In this document: one piece after another, positions 50,214-58,558 of the stretch
How positions within the stretch are numbered: position 1 is the first letter of the stretch
Layout: each line of letters begins with the position of its first letter
From: a virus
Reading direction: 5' to 3' (one strand)
Length of the DNA: 64,000 bases
IMG/VR virus record: IMGVR_UViG_3300044844_000854
Location: 32,001-96,000 of that record
Translations under genes and position numbers: made by a program
Notes under the pieces: generated by a model
Database searches by the model: none
What the model saw: the letters and a program-made list of their open reading frames with translations, nothing else
Told to the model about the DNA's origin: nothing

Positions 50214-51413
50214 ATGATGTTTAAAAAACCAAATAAAACGGATGTAGAAAAAACAACAGAAACTACACCTAAACCAATCGAAACAAAGACAAGTGATACT
50301 TTTAATTCTTTATTGAAAGACATCAACAAGAGATATGGTGGAATGACTATTGTAAATGCTAAAACAAGTGCAGTACTCAATAGAAGAAATCGTATCAAAA
50401 CAGGGATATTTGCATTTGATCTTGCTTTAGGTGGTGGAATACCAACAGGCACAATCACTACAATCAAAGGTGAATATTCAAGTGGTAAATCTGCAATTTC
50501 ACATAAGATTGCATCTGCATTTCAAAGAGTGTGTAGAAATTGTGGTAATCCATTAGAAGAATGGAATGAAAGTAAAATGCAAGCTAAACTCATTCACTGT
50601 TGTGATCAACCTGAAAGAATGAGAGTTGTATGGTTTGATGCAGAAGGCTCATTTGATAATAATTGGGCATCTCGTCTTGGTATGCATTTAGATAGCACAT
50701 TTGTTATTCGTACTGAATTTGCAGAACAAGGGATTGATGTTGCTGACACTGTTCTTAGATCAGGTGATTGTGATTTACTTGTATTAGATAGTGTTGCACA
50801 ACTTACACCATCTACAGAAATTGAAAATTCTGCTGAGAAATGGCAACAAGGATTACTTGCAAGACTAATGAATAAGGCTATGCGAAAATGGGTATCTGCT
50901 CAAAATGCAGGCTCACTTAATCGAGCATACTCACCTACAATTTTACTAATCAATCAAGTAAGATTAAACATTGGTGTAATGTATGGAAATCCTGAAACAT
51001 CACCAGGTGGTAAGGGTATTGAATTTGCATCATCTGTTATTCTTAGGTGTAAGAGAAAAGGCTACAAGATGAATAATGTTGATATGCCTATCGGACATGA
51101 GATGGAAATTGCAATTCAAAAAAATAAGACTGCACCACCTAACAGATCATGTGAGCTTACAATCCATATTCAAAATGCAGACAATTACAGAGCAGGCTCT
51201 ACTGATGAAATTGCTCAAGTGATTGCTCATGCTGAAAAATGGGGTGTGATTGAACGAAAAGGTGCTTGGTATCAACTGTCTAAAGATCATAAAGCACAAG
51301 GGATTGAACAATCATCTATTCTTTTAGCTGAAACACCTGCATTACTACAAGCAATCAAAGATGCAACATGGCAAGCAGAAATGAAATACTTAGGTAATAT
51401 TGACGATGAGTGA
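50214..51413 (+). CDS. recA: RecA/UvsX-like recombinase
   Basis: TG...DLALGGGIP.G, Walker A GEYSSGKS, DAEG, Walker B LVLDSVA, INQVR, ETSPGGK, KNKTAPP, KGAWY. Confidence 0.93.
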   Translation: MMFKKPNKTDVEKTTETTPKPIETKTSDTFNSLLKDINKRYGGMTIVNAKTSAVLNRRNRIKTGIFAFDLALGGGIPTGTITTIKGEYSSGKSAISHKIASAFQRVCRNCGNPLEEWNESKMQAKLIHCCDQPERMRVVWFDAEGSFDNNWASRLGMHLDSTFVIRTEFAEQGIDVADTVLRSGDCDLLVLDSVAQLTPSTEIENSAEKWQQGLLARLMNKAMRKWVSAQNAGSLNRAYSPTILLINQVRLNIGVMYGNPETSPGGKGIEFASSVILRCKRKGYKMNNVDMPIGHEMEIAIQKNKTAPPNRSCELTIHIQNADNYRAGSTDEIAQVIAHAEKWGVIERKGAWYQLSKDHKAQGIEQSSILLAETPALLQAIKDATWQAEMKYLGNIDDE

Positions 51414-51795
51414 ATTATCAAAAAAATTGGGGATTAAAAAACCTAAGCCTAATCTATTTGAAACTGAACAAAAGACAAATAGACAAAGAGGTGATAAACA
51501 CGAACAAGATACTGCAAATGAAATCAATGGTAATACACAACCAAATTCAGGTGCAACTGCATGGCAACGATATAAAGGAGATGTATCTAGTGATAACTTT
51601 TTATATCAATGCAAACTAACAGATAAGAATAGATTTACGATCAATGAAACGATCTTAGCTGAAATCACAAGACAAGCTAGAGTAAATCATAAAGACCCTG
51701 TTGTTGTGATCAAAATGGAAAGCATACAGAAACCAACACCTAATGAATGGTGTATGATACCTATGGAAGTGTATAAATATTTAATAGGTGAATGA
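51400..51795 (+). CDS. Holliday junction resolvase-like PD-(D/E)XK nuclease
   Basis: G.KHE, NSGA, KGDV, YQCKLT; follows recA. Confidence 0.7.
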   Translation: MTMSELSKKLGIKKPKPNLFETEQKTNRQRGDKHEQDTANEINGNTQPNSGATAWQRYKGDVSSDNFLYQCKLTDKNRFTINETILAEITRQARVNHKDPVVVIKMESIQKPTPNEWCMIPMEVYKYLIGE

Positions 51796-51801
51796 AACTT
51801 T

Positions 51802-51830
51802 TTGACAAGTAAAATCAAACTAGATATGAT
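51802..51830 (+). promoter_or_regulatory. sigma70-like promoter for the parB-like gene
   Basis: TTGACA-17-TATGAT. Confidence 0.65.
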
Positions 51831-51891
51831 CTGATTGTTCATGTCTAAATACATGATATAAAAAAACGGAATAGCTAAAAAAGGATTTAAA

Positions 51892-52854
51892 ATGATTGAA
51901 TACTCAAGAAGAAATGTAGATATATCTTTAGATAAAATCACTACTACATTTATCAGCAATCCAAGACAATCTTATGATGAAGATTATATCACATCACTTA
52001 TGCAGAGTATTGCAAGTATTGGTCAACAACAAGCAGTATGTGTATATGAAATTACTAAAGGTAAATATGGACTTGTATGGGGATTTTGTAGATTTAAAGC
52101 GATAGAAGAACTATCCAAGCATGGTGAAGGTGATAATACCATTCGTGCAGATATTTTAGATCCCAAGACTAATATGGGGGATTTACTATTACTTAACCTA
52201 CAAGAGAATGTTGTAAGAAAACAATTGACACCTTTAGAAGAGGCTAAGGCAATTGAATACCTACAAGATCATAAAACACAAGATGAAATTTGTGATGCTT
52301 TAGGTTGGTCAAAATCCCTATTTACACAAAGATCAAAAATCCTTAGCTATTCTGAAATCCTACAACAAGCTATTCAAGATGGATTACCTACTAGAGCAGC
52401 ATCTCTTATCTCTGAATTACCAGAAGAATTACATGAGAAGTATATTGATATTGCAATGACTACATCTGTAGTTAAATTAAGAGAATTGATTGATGCTTAT
52501 CTTAACTCTAATCAAGATGAAAGAGAGCCTGTTGATGTATCTAGCATTACACTTGATACAAATGATGAAGAAGAAGAACAAGAAGATAATGATACTGATT
52601 ATATTGAGTCACCTACATTATCTAGAGCAGGTGATTTAAGGGATTTACTATTATCCTTACTATCTCAAGTTACAGATAGTGATGATCAAATTATGGCAGT
52701 TCAATCCATTGATTTTACAAGACTACTATCCGTTGATCAAGATCGCTTATTATCCGTCCTACAATTCTTAGCTAGTGATGATGATGATATTGAATATGAA
52801 GAAGTAGATGATGATGATGATGATGACTTTGATGATGATGATGATGATGAGTAA
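51892..52854 (+). CDS. parB: ParB/Spo0J-like protein with HTH and poly-Asp tail
   Basis: NPRQ, L..SI...GQQQ.V.V, G..R, ENVVRKQLTPLEEA, TQDEI..ALGWS. Confidence 0.8.
   Translation: MIEYSRRNVDISLDKITTTFISNPRQSYDEDYITSLMQSIASIGQQQAVCVYEITKGKYGLVWGFCRFKAIEELSKHGEGDNTIRADILDPKTNMGDLLLLNLQENVVRKQLTPLEEAKAIEYLQDHKTQDEICDALGWSKSLFTQRSKILSYSEILQQAIQDGLPTRAASLISELPEELHEKYIDIAMTTSVVKLRELIDAYLNSNQDEREPVDVSSITLDTNDEEEEQEDNDTDYIESPTLSRAGDLRDLLLSLLSQVTDSDDQIMAVQSIDFTRLLSVDQDRLLSVLQFLASDDDDIEYEEVDDDDDDDFDDDDDDE
52775..52850 (+). repeat. (GAT)n trinucleotide tract encoding poly-Asp
   Basis: Several runs of GATGATGAT at the end of the parB-like ORF. Confidence 0.85.
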
Positions 52855-52857
52855 TAA

Positions 52858-53562
52858 ATGATTACGGTAGCTATTCCTGTATTTAATACTAAGCCTGCAT
52901 ATTTACTTGAGGCTATTCAATCAATCATATCACAAACATATACAGAATTTGAGTTAATGATACTTAATGATGGCTCTACATATCGAGATACACTTGCATT
53001 TTTAACTATTGTTGAAACACTTGATCCTAGAATTAGGTATATCAACTTTAAACAAAATCAAGGTATTGCAAAAATAGGTAATGCAATCTTCTCTTTAGCT
53101 AAATATGATTTAATTGCAAGATTAGATAGTGATGATATTGCACTACCTACAAGACTTGAAAAACAAGTTAAATACATGAATGAAAATCCAAATGTAGATA
53201 TACTTGGAACAGGATTACACTTTTACCAATATGATGAAAAAAACGGTTGGTATAAAGGACAATCCCAAATATTCTACCCACAAATAGACAAACAGATTGC
53301 AACTAATTCTATGTGGTTTATCCACCAACCTTGTTGTATGTTTAGAAAAAGTAAAGACTTATACTATGATGAAACTATAGAATACTTTGCAGAAGATTTT
53401 GATCTATTTATTCGTGCAATTAAACAAGGTAAGATACTACACAATTTAGATGATTACTTAAACCTATATCGCATACATAGTAATAGTTTATCTGCTCATC
53501 ACTTTTCAAATCCTAAGCATTATGATAGAATGTTATTACTTAGAAAAACACTGTTAGGATAA
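52858..53562 (+). CDS. Glycosyltransferase family 2 (GT-A)
   Basis: ITVAIPVFN, SI.SQTY, NDGS, ARLDSDD, EDFDL, YRIH. Confidence 0.9.
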   Translation: MITVAIPVFNTKPAYLLEAIQSIISQTYTEFELMILNDGSTYRDTLAFLTIVETLDPRIRYINFKQNQGIAKIGNAIFSLAKYDLIARLDSDDIALPTRLEKQVKYMNENPNVDILGTGLHFYQYDEKNGWYKGQSQIFYPQIDKQIATNSMWFIHQPCCMFRKSKDLYYDETIEYFAEDFDLFIRAIKQGKILHNLDDYLNLYRIHSNSLSAHHFSNPKHYDRMLLLRKTLLG

Positions 53563-53566
53563 TAAA

Positions 53567-54574
53567 ATGCTAGACCAATCACTACTTGATAGGGTAATGC
53601 CAAGAATATCTAAATATGATAAATTTGAGCAGAAAATAAGATTATCTCATCTTAGGTATACAGATGATGGGTATATGGTTACACAAAAACCAATCAATGA
53701 TAGGAAATACTTTAATCTTACTGATTATGCTAAAGACAATCTATTAGGTAAATTAGGAATACCTAAGAATTACTTTGCAAAAATTTCGGAAAGAAACAAA
53801 AAACTATCTGTAGAAATGATCAATGATGGATTATTAAGTGATAAAGAACACTACACAATTAAATTCATGGACGATCATATTCGTGGTGTTCTTAATAGTG
53901 ATGTAAAAACACTTGATGATATGACTATGCTAGCAGCAGTACAACAAGGTTTAAATGATACTGATTATGAATTAAGATCACTACATGTAGACCATAATGG
54001 ATTATTCTTAAAACTATTATTTAAAGATACATACAATGACACATCTGTATATGCTAGATCATCTTCTCTTAGAGGTGGAATTACAATTACAAATTCAGAT
54101 AACCTATATGCTGAAACAAGTGTAAAACCATTTTTATTTAGACAGGTATGTACAAATGATGCAACAATGAATAGTGAGAAATCATTTATTCTTAAAAACA
54201 ATGTAGGGTATTCTAAAGAAGATTTATCATATAGAATTGCATCACTTGTAGCTTATTCTGTACTTAATGGTGGTGAATATGCAAGAGTTGCACTTGGATT
54301 AAATACCCTATCCATACCTAAGGATAAAATTAAAGGTATTATTGAGCAACTATGTAATCAAAATGATCTTAGTGTAAATGAAATTAAGCAGATTATTGTA
54401 TCATTCAATAAAGAGCCACTCTACACACCTTTTGGGATATGTAATGCATTTACAGATTGTGCTAAGAATTTTGAAACTACTGATCTATTTAAGAAACAAA
54501 AACTTGAAGATATAGGTGGACAATATTTCAACTTACCAAAAGATAATTGGAAAGAATTACTAAAAATAGCATAG
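53567..54574 (+). CDS. DUF932-like protein
   Basis: L...LGIP..Y, IRGVL, GITITNS, FRQVCTN, G..NAFT. Confidence 0.65.
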   Translation: MLDQSLLDRVMPRISKYDKFEQKIRLSHLRYTDDGYMVTQKPINDRKYFNLTDYAKDNLLGKLGIPKNYFAKISERNKKLSVEMINDGLLSDKEHYTIKFMDDHIRGVLNSDVKTLDDMTMLAAVQQGLNDTDYELRSLHVDHNGLFLKLLFKDTYNDTSVYARSSSLRGGITITNSDNLYAETSVKPFLFRQVCTNDATMNSEKSFILKNNVGYSKEDLSYRIASLVAYSVLNGGEYARVALGLNTLSIPKDKIKGIIEQLCNQNDLSVNEIKQIIVSFNKEPLYTPFGICNAFTDCAKNFETTDLFKKQKLEDIGGQYFNLPKDNWKELLKIA

Positions 54575-54577
54575 CTA

Positions 54578-55681
54578 ATGTGTTTATATGCAAACAGCAT
54601 TGACACAGAAAAGACAGACAAAGATATGAAAAACATACTTAAAGAACTTTACAATCCTGAGAACTATACAAAATCAGCAGTAGCTAAAGAAGATGCACAA
54701 CAAAAAACGGAAGTTAAAAAAGAAGAAGAACAACCAAAATACAAAAAAGGAACATTCTTCTCTAACATTGACCTAAGTAATAAAGAAGTAAAACAATCTA
54801 AAGCATACACTGAATATCCTGTAAAATCTTTAGGGATTATATCTGTAATAGATAAGCATATTGAACAGAAAAAGAATGAGCCACGATTTGGATTTCACCC
54901 ATCTTCAATTTCTTTAGAAGATCCATTTTGTGCAAGGTATCATGCATTCCGTCATACAAGAGATGCACTATTCCAAACAGGTATCTTTGAAACCATTGAA
55001 GAAGCAAATCAAGCATTATCCATTCGTGGTAGATCAATAGATGTAGCATTACAAAGAGTATTTGATACAGGTCATGCACTACACTCTATGTATCAAAATG
55101 ATTATCTTTCTAGCATTCTTTGGGGTAAATGGGAAAGATATAATAAGGAAACAAAACTTGCAGAAGAACACATTGGTCATAAACCCGAAGGCAGGGGATG
55201 GGAATATATTGAGCCTACAATCAAAAATTCTGAATATGAAATTACAGGTCATACAGATGGTATTCTTAGAATAAATGATGAATGGTATCTACTAGAGATT
55301 AAAAGTGCAAATGATGCAAGTTGGTCATTTATGCATTCACCTAGAGATGCACACCAAAAACAAGCACAGTTATATTTACACTCTACATTGATTGGGTTTG
55401 AAGAGATAGAGCCAAAAGGTGTTGTATTTTTGTATGTAAATAAGAATACATCTAAGGAAAAGGAATTTCTTGTATTAAAAGATAGCACAATGATACAACC
55501 AATCTTTGACGGCTTAAAGCTATTCTATGATTGCCTAGATAAACAAGAACTACCATCTAAGGTATGTTTAAGAAAGAAATGCCCTAGAGCAAATGATTGT
55601 CCTGCTCAAGAACTATGCTTTATGCTAGATGCAGGTATTGTAGGTGCAAAACAATTACAAAACATGATTTCCAACAGGTAA
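54578..55681 (+). CDS. Cas4-like PD-(D/E)XK exonuclease
   Basis: HPS...C.R, G.ALH, GHTDG, LEIKS, Q.QLY, C-terminal Cys cluster; probable start 54626. Confidence 0.8.
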   Translation: MCLYANSIDTEKTDKDMKNILKELYNPENYTKSAVAKEDAQQKTEVKKEEEQPKYKKGTFFSNIDLSNKEVKQSKAYTEYPVKSLGIISVIDKHIEQKKNEPRFGFHPSSISLEDPFCARYHAFRHTRDALFQTGIFETIEEANQALSIRGRSIDVALQRVFDTGHALHSMYQNDYLSSILWGKWERYNKETKLAEEHIGHKPEGRGWEYIEPTIKNSEYEITGHTDGILRINDEWYLLEIKSANDASWSFMHSPRDAHQKQAQLYLHSTLIGFEEIEPKGVVFLYVNKNTSKEKEFLVLKDSTMIQPIFDGLKLFYDCLDKQELPSKVCLRKKCPRANDCPAQELCFMLDAGIVGAKQLQNMISNR

Positions 55682-55732
55682 AAAACGGAACATTAAAAAA
55701 CCAAACAGATAAGACACTACAAAGGAAACACT

Positions 55733-56236
55733 ATGTCATTCTATGAAAACAAACCAATTACAAAGAAACAACAAAATACAAGTGAATACACTACAACATC
55801 TCTAGACACACAGATGGTATTTAAAGTACCACAAATGCCTACAATGACAGATGAAGAATTACAATCACTTGAATTACCTTTAGATTTATCACAATGCCCA
55901 ACAGACCAGCTTGTAGCATTATTCACCTACTATACACACCTTGTAGCAACTACAGGGTATCAACTCTCACTGATTGCAGGTAATGAATTACAATTACAGG
56001 TAGAGGTAGAGAGTGAAACTGCAATTCAATACTCTCAAGCAAGCTCAACTAAAGTAGGTGATAGAAAGCAGCAAGCAAGTGCATCTTTATCCGTTGTTAG
56101 CCTTAAACAAGAACTAATTCAAGCAACTAAAGATAAAATCATTGTAAATGCATTGCTAGAGGGTTATAAGACTAAATACTATTCTATTAAGAATGAACTT
56201 GATAGACGAGTACATATTAGGTACGAACATTCCTAA
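55733..56236 (+). CDS. Putative recombination mediator (UvsY-like helical protein)
   Basis: All-helical, ending ...ELDRR; next to the exonuclease in the recA region. Inference from context. Confidence 0.35.
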   Translation: MSFYENKPITKKQQNTSEYTTTSLDTQMVFKVPQMPTMTDEELQSLELPLDLSQCPTDQLVALFTYYTHLVATTGYQLSLIAGNELQLQVEVESETAIQYSQASSTKVGDRKQQASASLSVVSLKQELIQATKDKIIVNALLEGYKTKYYSIKNELDRRVHIRYEHS

Positions 56237-56272
56237 ACCAACCATAACACAAGAAAAACGGAACAAACAAAA

Positions 56273-56560
56273 ATGGAAGAAAAACAAATTATCAACTTAA
56301 AGGTTAGTGGTAAATCTGATCCATCTAAAGTAGCAGGTGCTATTGTAAAATATATGCATGAAGGTAATGAAGTAGAAATCACTACTATTGGTGCAAGTGC
56401 AATCAATCAAGCAGTAAAAGCTCTAGCAATTGCAAGGGGAATGGTAGGAACAAGTGGCTATGATTTATCATTTATTGTAGGTTTTGCAGAAGAAACAATT
56501 GATGATGAATTAAGAACAGCAATTAAATTCTTCCCTATCAAGACTAAATTTGGTAAATAA
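56273..56560 (+). CDS. spoVS: SpoVS family (Alba-like) protein
   Basis: LKVS.KS.P..VAGAI, IGA.A.NQAVKA.AIARG, F....ID..RTAIK: near-canonical SpoVS. Confidence 0.93.
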   Translation: MEEKQIINLKVSGKSDPSKVAGAIVKYMHEGNEVEITTIGASAINQAVKALAIARGMVGTSGYDLSFIVGFAEETIDDELRTAIKFFPIKTKFGK

Positions 56561-56603
56561 TAACTACTCACTACTCACTCACTAAAAAAACGGACATTTA
56601 AAA

Positions 56604-56663
56604 ATGGCTAAAACACAAATGCCTACTAAAGATAAAGGCACAACCAAACCAAAGAAATGCTAA
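56604..56663 (+). CDS. Possible 19-aa basic peptide
   Basis: MAKTQMPTKDKGTTKPKKC; ATG lies 10 nt after a motif CGG, the same spacing as at genuine gene starts. Confidence 0.35.
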   Translation: MAKTQMPTKDKGTTKPKKC

Positions 56664-56717
56664 ACACTAATCTATACACTCTTTAGATATAGATAAGAAA
56701 AAACGGAAGATACAAAA

Positions 56718-57422
56718 ATGACAAAAGAAAAAACATATAAAATTGTAGAGATGTATGAAACAATACAAGGTGAAGGCTTTTGGTCAGGTCACTCTATATT
56801 CATCATTAGATTTAAAGGTTGTAATGTATGGACAGGTAAAGAAAGTGATCGACATAAAGCTAAAGCAATGTGTGGATTATGGTGTGATACAAACTTTGTA
56901 GATACCAAAAAGGAAAAGAAAGGTGGTACATATACCCTAGATGAATTAGAAGAATATGTACTAACCAATGTATCACCTGAAAGAACACCTATCATTCTAC
57001 TTACAGGTGGTGAACCAATGTTACAGGTAGATGCTGAATTGATTACTTCATTTATTGATATGGATTTTAGAGTACATATTGAAACCAATGGAAGTCAGTC
57101 AGTAGAAGAAGTTCTAAAGGTAATCAATGAAAATCCACCATTTATGATTAGTACGGTATGGGTAACAGTATCACCTAAGCCACCATTACCATTACATAAG
57201 AGTTTATTTGATTTACCACCATTTGCATTAGAGTTAAAGTGTGTGTTTGATAAACAGATGGATTTACATGCTTATGATGATTTAGAATGTTATGCTAGAT
57301 ATATCCAACCTGTTGAAATTGATGGTAAGACTAATCTACAACAGTGTATTGATTTTGTTATGAATAATGGCAATAGATTTGCACTTACAACACAAGCCCA
57401 TAAAGTTTGGAAAATTGAATAA
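56718..57422 (+). CDS. queE: 7-carboxy-7-deazaguanine synthase (radical SAM)
   Basis: E.YETIQGEG..SG, IRF.GCN, CDT, LTGGEP, IETNG, VTVSPK, QP, Q.HK. Confidence 0.93.
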   Translation: MTKEKTYKIVEMYETIQGEGFWSGHSIFIIRFKGCNVWTGKESDRHKAKAMCGLWCDTNFVDTKKEKKGGTYTLDELEEYVLTNVSPERTPIILLTGGEPMLQVDAELITSFIDMDFRVHIETNGSQSVEEVLKVINENPPFMISTVWVTVSPKPPLPLHKSLFDLPPFALELKCVFDKQMDLHAYDDLECYARYIQPVEIDGKTNLQQCIDFVMNNGNRFALTTQAHKVWKIE

Positions 57423-57492
57423 AATTAAGCAATAATCACAATAAACTTGATACATAGAGTGTTTAATGTTAAGGTTTTATGGTTGTTGTTGA

Positions 57493-57545
57493 AGTAGCTC
57501 ATTTGATCTCTTATCCTTGGGGGATTGAATGGGCTATTTTATTTT
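57493..57545 (+). terminator. Probable terminator hairpin after queE
   Basis: TAGCTCATT...AATGGGCTA stem, extendable with G-U pairs, followed by TTTTATTTT. Confidence 0.55.
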
Positions 57546-57556
57546 AATCTCTTTAT

Positions 57557-57710
57557 ATGCTTTAAAATGCTTTAATTTGATCATTCTATACTTGTTTAAT
57601 ACTTACCTATCTAAAACATATAATCTATTCTTAAAATGCTTTAAATCATGCTTAAAATGAATTTTTATCTTTAATCTATATCAATCATTCATACTTGTTT
57701 TTTTACCTAT
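57557..57710. repeat. Degenerate direct repeats in an AT-rich intergenic region
   Basis: ATGCTTTAA at 57557, 57567 and 57636 (variant at 57648); ATCATTC(T)ATACTTGTTT...TTACCTAT at 57580 and 57684. Confidence 0.65.
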
Positions 57711-57856
57711 ATCAATTTTTAATATACCTGATCAAATTCTAATGATACCAATTTTATAGTAAAAATAAATAAATATCAGCACTTTACAATTTACACTTTC
57801 TCAATACTCATTTATAAAATCACTATATATTTCAATACCTTAGACAATATAGAAAT

Positions 57857-57885
57857 TTGATTTTTTCACTAAGAAATGATATAAT
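57857..57885 (+). promoter_or_regulatory. sigma70-like promoter (CACTAAG family)
   Basis: TTGATT-17-TATAAT with extended TG; CACTAAG at 57867-57873. Confidence 0.72.
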
Positions 57886-57946
57886 GACTTTGCTTTAAAT
57901 GATCACTTGATCAAAACCACCTACATGATGACGGAGAAAAGTCAAA

Positions 57947-58474
57947 ATGAGAACAAAAAGAACAACCGTTTCAGGTGTCTATTGGGACATCTTGGTAAAA
58001 AATCACCACAACGGCACAAATACCATTCCTAAGAAACCATTCAATTCAAATTGGAATGACAGTCATACACCTGTTGTAGATCACTCTTGGAACAAATACT
58101 CAAAAACAATTAGAGTTATGTTTGATGTTATTAGCAATGGTGAAGATTATCCTGATCGACAATATCAGATCAATGTCGTCAATGTTTGGACATCATGCCC
58201 TGATAGTAGTAAATTCAATGACTACACAGATACACAACTTGCTTGGCTACATAAACTTATGACAGTATGTGTGATCTTAAACGAACTTGTAGTTAGCGAT
58301 AGTAGTTTAAATCGTGATATTGTTAAGATCAACTCTATCTTAGACACTTTATATGCTAAGCAAGATGATGTATCTAAGATCAAATTAAATGATGCACAAA
58401 GAGAAAATGCATTGATGCTTTTAGATCAATATAAGGCTCACCCCAAAATGTTAAGGCTATCCACAATCAAATAA
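57947..58474 (+). CDS. Hypothetical protein
   Basis: 175 aa; RBS GGAG. Confidence 0.6.
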   Translation: MRTKRTTVSGVYWDILVKNHHNGTNTIPKKPFNSNWNDSHTPVVDHSWNKYSKTIRVMFDVISNGEDYPDRQYQINVVNVWTSCPDSSKFNDYTDTQLAWLHKLMTVCVILNELVVSDSSLNRDIVKINSILDTLYAKQDDVSKIKLNDAQRENALMLLDQYKAHPKMLRLSTIK

Positions 58475-58480
58475 TGGATA

Positions 58481-58509
58481 TTTACGATATACACTAAGTA
58501 ATCTATACT
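58481..58509 (+). promoter_or_regulatory. sigma70-like promoter (CACTAAG family)
   Basis: TTTACG-17-TATACT; CACTAAG at 58492-58498. Confidence 0.7.
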
Positions 58510-58558
58510 TGTATCATAAATTCTTTCATAAACCACACTTGCAACAAACGAGATTAAA

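Noticed and set aside
50214-51413. Intein or intron in recA (also checked polA, nrdJ, dnaB)
   Set aside because: The proteins are of normal length with contiguous motifs. The recA insertion is about 27 aa with no HINT or homing-endonuclease motifs.
54578-55681. Cas4-like gene as evidence of a CRISPR-Cas system
   Set aside because: Stand-alone Cas4-like exonucleases are common in phage recombination modules, and no array or other cas genes are seen.
57336-57455. Minus-strand 39-aa Cys-rich ORF (MYQVYCDYC...CCKC) overlapping the queE 3' end
   Set aside because: It is mostly the in-register antisense of queE codons and has no clear RBS. The apparent zinc-ribbon pattern is probably coincidental.
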